64,000 nt of DNA, taken from assembly GCA_964635065.1 (NCBI GenBank), contig CAZWMK010000002.1, forward strand, positions 1,048 through 65,047. Reading direction: 5' to 3'. Shown one piece after another: positions 45,012 to 53,423 of this stretch; the first letter of the stretch is position 1; each line of letters begins with the position of its first letter. The notes under the pieces are model-generated. The model was not told the origin of the DNA, ran no database searches, and was given only the letters and a program-made list of their open reading frames with translations. This DNA is from an uncultured Sphingomonadaceae bacterium. GTDB lineage: Bacteria > Pseudomonadota > Alphaproteobacteria > Sphingomonadales > Sphingomonadaceae. The position numbers and the translations under genes were made by a program.

Positions 45012-45377
45012 TCAGCGCAGCGTGGGCGGGCCATGGGCTGGCGGCGGCGGCGCGGCCAGCCGGTGCGTCGTCAGATCGGCAATCGCCGCACCGAACGTCA
45101 GGACGAGGCCATAGGCGAAGGGTATCGTCATGGCCAGCGCATCGACATGCAAAAGCGCACTGCCCATGCCAGGGGCAAACAGGCAGGGGCTTTCCGCCGT
45201 ATCTGGCTGGGCAGGCGTTTTCTGGCCAAGGTCGATGACGACCTGTTTCTGACCCATGCCCGAACACAAAATGATGGTCACGCCATCCGTGCTGGTGGCG
45301 GGCATATAGCCCGCAGGCACCAGCATCCGCAGGGCAAGCCCGCAGAACAGCAGCGTCGCAAGAAGCGCCCGCCCCAT
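45012..45377 (-). CDS. DUF2946-like small protein
   Basis: 'LLATLLFCGLALRMLVPAGYMP' and 'ILCSG' and 'SPCLFA' fit the DUF2946 pattern found with TonB receptor/PepSY sets. The start is uncertain. Confidence 0.45.
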   Translation of the reverse strand: MGRALLATLLFCGLALRMLVPAGYMPATSTDGVTIILCSGMGQKQVVIDLGQKTPAQPDTAESPCLFAPGMGSALLHVDALAMTIPFAYGLVLTFGAAIADLTTHRLAAPPPPAHGPPTLR

Positions 45378-45573
45378 ATCGCCCTGTCTGGTCCATGCCT
45401 GCATGGCTGGCGCGTTAGGCGATTGATGACCAACTGTCAAAGCAATGTCGCCGCCAGCCCGCTTTGCGGCCAATTGCCTTTGCCGTCAGGCCTGATAGAT
45501 TCGCCATGCGGCGGCCATGACAACAAAAACACATGGCTGTCGGCATGGGGAGGCTTTCGTGAAAGACCGGTGG

Positions 45574-47730
45574 ATGATGCGCGCTGCCATGACGGCGGCG
45601 GCGCTGACGGGAACAGCTGCACTCGTGGCGCGCGCCGGCGATGGCCCTGCGCCGGGCGGCAGCTACACCGTCGCGCAGTATCAGGCCGGACAGGCGGTCT
45701 ATGAAGCCAGTTGCACCGTCTGTCACGACCGCAGGCTTGAAGGCTCGTCGCACGGCCCGGCGCTGAAAGGCCCGACCTTCGCGCAACATTGGGCCAGCCG
45801 CAGCAGCGACGACCTCCTTGCCTTCACGCAGTCGATGATGCCCCCCGCTCAGGGCGGCAGCCTGTCGGCGCAGGACTATGCCGCCGTCACTGCCTATGTG
45901 CTCGCCGCAAACGGCCATGGGGCGGGGCACGTGCCGCTTGCCAAAGGCCGCGCCGTGCCGATTGGCCGCGCGGGCCATTCCCCGCCCCCGGCCGCCGCGC
46001 CGCCTATGGCTGCCGCAGGCGCTCAAAAGCCCGAACGCTATTCCAGCGCCTTCGAGGACATGGTCGCCCGTCTTGGCGCACAAAACCGCAGCGCGCCCGT
46101 GCTCGCCCCTGTCACCGAAGCGATGTTGAGCGCGCCCCCGCCCGGATCATGGCTGAACTGGCGCCGCACGCGCACCGGCCATGGCGACAGCCCGCTTAAT
46201 GCGATCAACGCGGCCAATGTCGGGTCACTGAAACTCGCCTGGGTGATGGCGCTGCCCGATGGCGTCAACCAGACAACGCCTTTGGTGCATGACGGCGTGC
46301 TGTTCGTCATCGCGCCCGGCGGACGGCTCATGGCGCTCGACGCCGCAAACGGCGACTTCATCTGGGACTATCGCTATGCCCCGACGTCGGGCGACAAGGT
46401 CGCAGTCACGCCGATGCGCAACATCGCGATTTATGGTCACAACATCTATCTTGCCACGCCAGATGCCGCACTGGTCGCCGTCGATGCCCGCAGTGGCCGC
46501 GAGGTATGGCGCACGCAAAAAGCCGACACCGCCGATGGCTTCACCCACACGGCAGGGCCGGTGATTGCCAATGGCGTCGTCATCAGCGGCATCAACGGCT
46601 GCGAGCGCTTCAAGAAACAACCCTGCTTCGTCAGTGGCCACGATCCCGAAACGGGCCGCGAACTGTGGCGCACATCGGTCATCGCCCAGCCTGGCGACCA
46701 TGGCGACAGGAGCTGGGCTGGCCTCGCCCCGGAATTTCGCGCAGGTGGCGACATGTGGATCGCCGGCACCTATGATCCGGCCACCGACAGCTATTTCATC
46801 GGCACGGCACAGGCAAAGCCCTGGGTTGCCGCCAGTCGCCGTATGACGCCGAAAGATGACGTGCTTTACACCAATTCCACCCTTGCACTTGATCCGCGCA
46901 CCGGGCGCATCAAATGGTGGTTCCAGCACAGCCCCGGCGAAACGCTCGACATGGACGTGGTCTATGAACGCGTTGCTGTCGACGATGGCGACCAGTCGTA
47001 TTTGTTCACGGCCGGCAAGGACGGCATTCTCTGGAAGCTCGACCGTAAAAGCGGCAAATATCGCGGCCATGTCGAAACCGTCTATCAGGACGTATTCACG
47101 CACATCGACCGGAAGACCGGCAAGGTCACACTGCGTCCCGATCTCATGACAGCGCAGGTCGGGCAGTTCATACCGTCATGCCCCACCACCTTTGGCGGCC
47201 ACAACTGGCAGGCGATGGCCTATGACCGGGCGCAGCATGCGCTAATTATCCCGCTGTTGCAGATGTGCGGCGGCATTGCCGGATCGGCGGTCGATTTCAA
47301 GCTCGGTGGCGGCGGCCTTGGCGTCGGCGCGCTATCGGACCCCGGACGCTCTGTTCACATGCCCGGCACCGAAAAAGGCCAGTTTGCCAAGCTCGCATCC
47401 TATGATGTCCGCAGTCTGAAACCGCTGTGGTCGATCACCCAGCCCACGCCTTTTTCAACAGCGGCGCTGGCGACCGCAGGCGGGCTGGTGTTCATCGGCG
47501 ACGTCGACCGTTATTTCAAGGCGTTCGACACGAAAACAGGCAAGCTGTTGTGGCAGACGCGCCTCGGCACGGCAGCGCATGGATTCCCGATTTCCTATGC
47601 GGCAGGCGGCAAGCAGTATGTTGCCATCACCGCAGGCCAACTCGGCGCCTATCTCCTGGTCGCCGGCCAGGCCGGGCGGATATACCAGCCTGCCAATGGC
47701 AATGCGCTCTATGTGTTCGCGCTGCCCTGA
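45574..47730 (+). CDS. PQQ-dependent dehydrogenase with N-terminal cytochrome c domain
   Basis: Signal 'MMRAAMTAAALTGTAALVARA'. Haem site 'CTVCHD' with 'MMPP'. The propeller follows: 'LNWRRTRTGHGDSPL', 'TTPLVHDGVLFV' and repeated 'G.E.W' blades. Confidence 0.85.
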   Translation: MMRAAMTAAALTGTAALVARAGDGPAPGGSYTVAQYQAGQAVYEASCTVCHDRRLEGSSHGPALKGPTFAQHWASRSSDDLLAFTQSMMPPAQGGSLSAQDYAAVTAYVLAANGHGAGHVPLAKGRAVPIGRAGHSPPPAAAPPMAAAGAQKPERYSSAFEDMVARLGAQNRSAPVLAPVTEAMLSAPPPGSWLNWRRTRTGHGDSPLNAINAANVGSLKLAWVMALPDGVNQTTPLVHDGVLFVIAPGGRLMALDAANGDFIWDYRYAPTSGDKVAVTPMRNIAIYGHNIYLATPDAALVAVDARSGREVWRTQKADTADGFTHTAGPVIANGVVISGINGCERFKKQPCFVSGHDPETGRELWRTSVIAQPGDHGDRSWAGLAPEFRAGGDMWIAGTYDPATDSYFIGTAQAKPWVAASRRMTPKDDVLYTNSTLALDPRTGRIKWWFQHSPGETLDMDVVYERVAVDDGDQSYLFTAGKDGILWKLDRKSGKYRGHVETVYQDVFTHIDRKTGKVTLRPDLMTAQVGQFIPSCPTTFGGHNWQAMAYDRAQHALIIPLLQMCGGIAGSAVDFKLGGGGLGVGALSDPGRSVHMPGTEKGQFAKLASYDVRSLKPLWSITQPTPFSTAALATAGGLVFIGDVDRYFKAFDTKTGKLLWQTRLGTAAHGFPISYAAGGKQYVAITAGQLGAYLLVAGQAGRIYQPANGNALYVFALP

Positions 47731-47949
47731 CACCCGACGGTTGTGTGCTCATTCAAGGCAAATTTTTGTACTCAAGCGGAAAGGCGTGGCGCTTCATTTT
47801 GCCACCTATTCAAATTGGGAGCATGAAACCCACTAGCAGAGCTGACGGCTTGTGATTAGAGACGCCCAATAGAGCAGTGTTTATGCAGTTCTGTCACACT
47901 GCCGAAAATTGCGGACTGAAAGCGTGTTCCGGGAGGATAAGCGTTAAAA

Positions 47950-49728
47950 ATGGCAAGGGTTGATCAGGGCGTTCCCGACCACCTTCATCAGGTTGTCGAT
48001 TGTCAGTGGGCTTGCCCCGCACACACACCTGTCCCGGAATATCTGCGCCTGATTGCCCAGGGGCGCTATGCCGAATCCTATGAAGTCAACTGGTGGTCGA
48101 ACGTGTTTCCCGGCATTTTGGGCCGTGTCTGCGATCGCCCGTGCGAACCGGCCTGCCGCCGTGGCCGCGTCGAGGAAGAACCGGTTGCCATCTGCCGCCT
48201 GAAACGCGTTGCGGCCGACAACAAGGGCGACATTTCCGCCATGCTGCCGAAGGCGCCCACGGCCAAGAACGGCAAGCGCATCGCCTGTGTCGGCGCTGGC
48301 CCTGCGTCGCTCACCGTCGCGCGCGACCTTGCCCTGAATGGCTATCAGGTGACCGTGCTTGACGGCGGCCATCAGGCTGGCGGCATGATGCGCAGCCAGA
48401 TCCCGAAGTTCCGCCTGCCCGACGAAGTGATCGACGAGGAATGCGGCTATGTCGAAGGCCTCGACGTCGAAATCCGCCTGAACAGCTGGATTTCCAGCCT
48501 GAAGGACTTGCACGCCGAAGGCTGGGACGCCGTCTTTGTCGGCACCGGCGCACCGCGCGGCCGCGATGCCGACCTGCCGGGCCGTCAGGAGGCTGCCGCC
48601 AACATCCACATCGGCATCGACTGGCTGTCGAACCTCGCGTTCGGCCATGTCGACAGCGTCGGCAAGCGCGTGATCGTGCTTGGCGGCGGCAACACCGCCA
48701 TGGACTGCTGCCGCTCTGCCCGCCGCCTCGGTGCCGAGGAAGTCCGCGTCATCGTCCGTTCGGGCTTCGATGAAATGAAGGCCTCGCCCTGGGAAAAGGA
48801 AGAGGCGCTGCACGAAGACATCATCATCCAGAACTGCATGGTTCCGATGAGCTTCGAGCACGACAACGGCAAACTGACCGGCGTCACCTTCGAACATGTC
48901 GAAGTCCAGTATGACGACAAGGGCCGCCGCTCGCTCGTGCCGACCGGGCGCATGGAAACCGTCGGTTGCGATCAGGTGCTGATCGCCATCGGTCAGGAAA
49001 ACAGCTTCCCGTGGATCGAACGCGACATCGGCCTCGAATTCGACAAGTGGGGCATGCCGGTTGTCGACGCCAAAACCTTGCAGTCGACGGTGCCGAACAT
49101 CTTCTTCGGCGGTGACGCGGCGCTTGGTCCGAAGAACATCATCACGGCCGTCGCCCAGGGGCATGAAGCGGCGATCTCGATCGACCTGTTCCTGAAAGGC
49201 AAGGATGTCGTCGCCGACCGTCCGGCCGACCGGATCACGCTCGCCAGCCAGAAGATGGGCATCCACGAATGGGCCTATGATAACGAAGTCACGAACGATC
49301 TGCGCCACAAGGTGCCGATACGCGACCTCGACATCGCTCTCAAAGACGTGCGCCTCGAACTCGAACTCGGCTATGACGAAAAGCTCGCCTATGCCGAGGC
49401 CGAACGCTGCTTCAACTGCGATATGGCGACGGTGTTCACGCCGTCGACCTGCATTGAATGCGACAGCTGCGTCGACATCTGCCCGACCGAATGCATCACC
49501 TTCACCGAAGACGGCGAAGAAGATGATCTGCGCGGGCGCCTGAAGGCACCTGCCCTGAACGACGATCAGCCGCTTTACATCGCCGGCGGCCTGAAAACCG
49601 GCCGTGTCATGGTGAAGGACGAAAATGTCTGCCTTCACTGCGGCCTGTGTTCTGAACGCTGCCCGACCAATGCATGGGACATGCAGAAGGTCGACTGGCT
49701 CGTCGCCCATGCGGGCGCGGAGGCTTGA
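47950..49728 (+). CDS. GltD-like NAD(P)H-dependent FAD oxidoreductase fused to a 2x[4Fe-4S] ferredoxin domain
   Basis: 'CPAHTPVPEYLRLI', 'CDRPCEPAC', 'IACVGAGPASLTVARDL' and 'VLGGGNTAMDC'. The C-terminal region has 'CFNCDMA..CIECDSCVDICPTEC' and 'CLHCGLCSERCP'. Confidence 0.85.
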   Translation: MARVDQGVPDHLHQVVDCQWACPAHTPVPEYLRLIAQGRYAESYEVNWWSNVFPGILGRVCDRPCEPACRRGRVEEEPVAICRLKRVAADNKGDISAMLPKAPTAKNGKRIACVGAGPASLTVARDLALNGYQVTVLDGGHQAGGMMRSQIPKFRLPDEVIDEECGYVEGLDVEIRLNSWISSLKDLHAEGWDAVFVGTGAPRGRDADLPGRQEAAANIHIGIDWLSNLAFGHVDSVGKRVIVLGGGNTAMDCCRSARRLGAEEVRVIVRSGFDEMKASPWEKEEALHEDIIIQNCMVPMSFEHDNGKLTGVTFEHVEVQYDDKGRRSLVPTGRMETVGCDQVLIAIGQENSFPWIERDIGLEFDKWGMPVVDAKTLQSTVPNIFFGGDAALGPKNIITAVAQGHEAAISIDLFLKGKDVVADRPADRITLASQKMGIHEWAYDNEVTNDLRHKVPIRDLDIALKDVRLELELGYDEKLAYAEAERCFNCDMATVFTPSTCIECDSCVDICPTECITFTEDGEEDDLRGRLKAPALNDDQPLYIAGGLKTGRVMVKDENVCLHCGLCSERCPTNAWDMQKVDWLVAHAGAEA

Positions 49729-49733
49729 AATCC

Positions 49734-51575
49734 ATGACTGCCATCACTGCCACCAACGACTTTGTCATCAAGTTCGCCAACGTCAACGGCTCCGGCTCGG
49801 CGTCGGCCAACGAGATGTTCGCCCGCGCCATCATCCGCATGGGTGTGACCGTGTCGCCGCGCAACATCTTCCCGTCGAACATCCAGGGCCTGCCGACCTG
49901 GTATGAACTGCGCGTATCGGCCGATGGCTGGCTGGGCCGCCGCGGCGGCTGCGACCTCATGGTTGCGCTCAATCCGCAGACCTGGGACCGCGACGTCGCG
50001 GAAATCGTGCCGGGCGGCTATCTGTTCTACGATTCCACCCGCGTTCTGCCGCAATCGAAGTTCCGCGACGATATCAATGTCATCGGAATTCCGCTGACAG
50101 AAATCTGCGCGAAGGAATTCCCGATCGCGGCGCAGCGTCACCTGTTCAAGAACATCATGTATGTCGGGGCGCTGACCGCGCTTCTCGACATGGATTTTGC
50201 CGTTGTCGAACAGCTGATCGCCAAGCAGTATCGCGGTAAGGACAAGCTGATCGAAGGCAACCGCCGGGCCGCGCGCATCGGCTATGACCATGCCCGCGAA
50301 AACTTCGCCTGCCCGATCGGCCTGCGCGTCGAGCGTGGCGACAGCGTCGGCGACCGCATCTTCATCGACGGCAACAGTGCGCTTGGCCTTGGCGCTGTCT
50401 ATGGCGGGGCCACGGTCGCCGCCTGGTATCCGATCACGCCGTCGACCTCGGTGGTCGAAGCCTTCACCGCCTATTGCCGCAAATATCGCACCGATCCGGA
50501 AAGCGGCACGGCGCGCTATGCCATCGTGCAGGCCGAAGACGAACTGGCGTCGATCGGCATGGTGATCGGTGCGGGCTGGAACGGCGCGCGCGCCTTCACC
50601 GCCACGTCGGGCCCCGGCATCTCCCTGATGCAGGAATTCATCGGCCTGTCCTATTTCGCCGAAGTGCCGTCGGTGATCGTCGATGTTCAGCGCGGCGGTC
50701 CCTCGACCGGCATGCCGACGCGCACGCAGCAGTCCGACCTTCTGCTCTGCGCCTATGCTTCGCATGGCGACACGCGGCACATCCTGCTCTTCCCCGAAGA
50801 CCCGCACGAATGTTTCACCATGGGGGCGGAAGCCTTCGATCTGGCCGAACGTTTCCAGACCCCGGTATTCGTCATGACCGATCTCGACATCGGCATGAAC
50901 GAACGGCTGTGCAAACCGTTCACCTGGGATGACAATGCCCGCTATGATCGCGGCAAGGTGATGACTGCCGAAGAACTCGAAGCGGGCAAGAATTTCGGCC
51001 GCTATCTCGATGTCGACGGCGACGGCATCCCCTATCGCACATTGCCCGGCACCCACCCGACCAAGGGTGCCTATTTCACGCGCGGCACCACCCGCAACCC
51101 CTATGCCAAATACAGCGAAGTGGGTGCGGACTATGTCTACAACATGGAACGCCTGCGCCGTAAGCATGACACCGCAAAATCCGTCGTTCCCGCGCCGGAA
51201 ATCCGGGCGGCCAGCCAGCCGACGTCCTATGGCGTCGTCTATTACGGCTCGACCGCGCCCGCGATGGACGAGGCGCTGGCGCGCATGGAAGCCGATGGCA
51301 TCCACGTCAACGCGCTGCGTGTCCGCGCCTTCCCCTTCGCCGACAGCATCAACGATTTCATCGAACAGCATGAAGCCGTGTTCGTCGTCGAACAGAATGA
51401 AAGCGCGCAGCTGCGCACCATGCTGATCAACGAAGGCGACCTCGACCCGAAGAAGCTCGTGCGGGTGCTGCATTATGACGGCACGCCCATCACCGCCCGC
51501 TTCATTGCGGAGGCGATCACGTCCGTGATCGACGACCGCAAGGTCCAGCCCCTCCCGACGTCGCTGAAGAGGTAA
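49734..51575 (+). CDS. korA: 2-oxoacid:acceptor (ferredoxin) oxidoreductase, alpha subunit
   Basis: 'FVIKFANVNGSGSASANEMFARAIIRMGVTVSPRNIFPSNIQGLPTWYELRVS' and 'AAWYPITPST'. Confidence 0.9.
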   Translation: MTAITATNDFVIKFANVNGSGSASANEMFARAIIRMGVTVSPRNIFPSNIQGLPTWYELRVSADGWLGRRGGCDLMVALNPQTWDRDVAEIVPGGYLFYDSTRVLPQSKFRDDINVIGIPLTEICAKEFPIAAQRHLFKNIMYVGALTALLDMDFAVVEQLIAKQYRGKDKLIEGNRRAARIGYDHARENFACPIGLRVERGDSVGDRIFIDGNSALGLGAVYGGATVAAWYPITPSTSVVEAFTAYCRKYRTDPESGTARYAIVQAEDELASIGMVIGAGWNGARAFTATSGPGISLMQEFIGLSYFAEVPSVIVDVQRGGPSTGMPTRTQQSDLLLCAYASHGDTRHILLFPEDPHECFTMGAEAFDLAERFQTPVFVMTDLDIGMNERLCKPFTWDDNARYDRGKVMTAEELEAGKNFGRYLDVDGDGIPYRTLPGTHPTKGAYFTRGTTRNPYAKYSEVGADYVYNMERLRRKHDTAKSVVPAPEIRAASQPTSYGVVYYGSTAPAMDEALARMEADGIHVNALRVRAFPFADSINDFIEQHEAVFVVEQNESAQLRTMLINEGDLDPKKLVRVLHYDGTPITARFIAEAITSVIDDRKVQPLPTSLKR

Positions 51576-51579
51576 TGCA

Positions 51580-52635
51580 ATGACCTACATTCCAAAGCCG
51601 AAACTGCTGCGTCCGGACCAGCCGAAGAACGAACTGGGCTACACACGCCGCGATTATGAAGGCGCGATTTCGACGCTGTGCGCGGGTTGCGGCCATGATT
51701 CGACCAGCGCCGCCATCGTTCAGGCCTGCTTCGAACTCGATATCGAGCCGCACCGTGTCGCCAAGCTGTCCGGCATCGGCTGTTCGTCGAAAACGCCCGA
51801 CTATTTCCTGGGCAATTCGCACGGCTTCAACAGCGTTCACGGCCGCATGCCGTCGGTGCTGACCGGCGCCGCCCTTGCCAACCGCGAGCTCATCTACCTC
51901 GGCGTCTCGGGCGACGGCGACTCCGCGTCCATCGGCATCGGTCAGTTCGCCCATGCCATGCGGCGCGGCGTGAACATGACCTACATCGTCGAAAACAACG
52001 GCGTTTACGGCCTGACCAAGGGCCAGTTCTCGGCCACTGCCGACAAGGGATCGAAGAGCAAGCGCGGCGTGATGAACGCCGACAACCCGATCGATCTCGT
52101 CGCCCTCGCGCTCCAGATCGGCGCGTCCTATGTCGCGCGCAGTTTTTCGGGCGACAAGGAGCAGCTTGTGCCGCTGATCAAGGGTGCGCTGCGCCATCGC
52201 GGTCCAGCCTTCATCGACGTGCTCAGCCCCTGCGTCACCTTCAACAACCACGCCGGCTCGACCAAGAGCTACGACTATGTCCGCGAACACAATGAAGCCG
52301 TGAACAGCCTCGACGTGATCCTGCCGCGCGACAAGATCGAAACCTCATATGCGCCGGGCGAACTGCGCCGCGTGGTCCAGCACGACGGTTCGGTGCTGAT
52401 GCTGCGCAAGCTCGGCGACGATTATGATCCCACCGACCGCATCAGCGCGATGAATCATCTGCACGAACGCGCGGCCCTTGGTGAAATCGTCACGGGCCTG
52501 CTGTTCGTCGATGAAAGCGGTGAAGACATGCACCGCAACCTCAACATGGTTGAAACGCCGTTGAACCGTCTGGGCGATGCCGATCTCTGCCCCGGTGCCT
52601 CCGCGCTTGAAGCCCTGAACGCCTCGCTGCGCTGA
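51580..52635 (+). CDS. korB: 2-oxoacid:ferredoxin oxidoreductase, beta subunit (TPP-binding)
   Basis: 'LCAGCGHDS', 'GIGCSS' and 'VSGDGDSASIGIGQFAHAMRRGVNMTYIVENNGVYGLTKGQ'. Confidence 0.9.
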   Translation: MTYIPKPKLLRPDQPKNELGYTRRDYEGAISTLCAGCGHDSTSAAIVQACFELDIEPHRVAKLSGIGCSSKTPDYFLGNSHGFNSVHGRMPSVLTGAALANRELIYLGVSGDGDSASIGIGQFAHAMRRGVNMTYIVENNGVYGLTKGQFSATADKGSKSKRGVMNADNPIDLVALALQIGASYVARSFSGDKEQLVPLIKGALRHRGPAFIDVLSPCVTFNNHAGSTKSYDYVREHNEAVNSLDVILPRDKIETSYAPGELRRVVQHDGSVLMLRKLGDDYDPTDRISAMNHLHERAALGEIVTGLLFVDESGEDMHRNLNMVETPLNRLGDADLCPGASALEALNASLR

Positions 52636-52667
52636 AATTGCGGGCCGCGTGCCCGGCACATGACCAA

Positions 52668-52702
52668 AACACCGGCAGGATCACGCATCCTGCCGGTGTT
52701 TT
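52668..52702 (+). terminator. Intrinsic terminator after korB
   Basis: Perfect 14-bp stem AACACCGGCAGGAT / ATCCTGCCGGTGTT with a 5-nt loop, running into TTTT, 33 nt after the stop. Confidence 0.65.
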
Positions 52703-52826
52703 CATGCCACAGCCCGGCATCGCGCGATGGCGTTGCCACCGCCTGTTGCCAGCTCACCGTGCACTGTTGCCAGTTGCCTGTTCCATGCTAGCCTTCGCAG
52801 CCTGAAACATGGGGAAGGACAACGAC

Positions 52827-53291
52827 ATGGCAGACAAGGGCGTTTACGCGATCGTCCCGCAGATCAACTCCGACGACCGCGCCGCGATCCACGACACGCT
52901 GGCCGCCTATGGCGCCACCTTCGACAATGGCGATCTTGCCGCCTTTGGCCGCCTGATCGCGCCTGATGCCGTTGTCCGCCTGCCGTCTGGCGACCGCTTC
53001 ATCGAACAGGCACGTGGCCATGACGCGCTGATGGCCCTGTTCGACGGCATCCGCAGCGACCTGCGCAGCAAGGGGCTGCAGCCCCGCCATCATGTCAGCA
53101 CCATCATGATCAAAAGCGCCAGCGCCACGCGGGCCGAAACGGACGCCTATCTGCTTTACACCGAACATGACAATGCCAGCGGCGATACCAAAGTCGTTCG
53201 CGGCGGAATCTACAGCTTCACGCTGGAAAAGCGCGACGGCGCATGGCTGATCATCGACTGGTCGGTGAAATACGACGGCTTCAGCCTCTAG
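52827..53291 (+). CDS. NTF2-like / SnoaL_4-family protein
   Basis: 'DRAAIHDTLAAYGATFDNGDLAAFGRLIAPDAVV' and 'YSFTLEKRDGAWLIIDWSV'. Confidence 0.6.
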   Translation: MADKGVYAIVPQINSDDRAAIHDTLAAYGATFDNGDLAAFGRLIAPDAVVRLPSGDRFIEQARGHDALMALFDGIRSDLRSKGLQPRHHVSTIMIKSASATRAETDAYLLYTEHDNASGDTKVVRGGIYSFTLEKRDGAWLIIDWSVKYDGFSL

Positions 53292-53423
53292 CGTAACCAT
53301 CCCTTTATTCACCTGTCGTCAGGGCTGTACGTGACTATATTAAAAAATTCGGGCCTCAGTGGCACAAATCCTGTATCGTGGGCGTTGTAGGCATGTGTTT
53401 TTAACAACGCCCCAGCTACTGTC

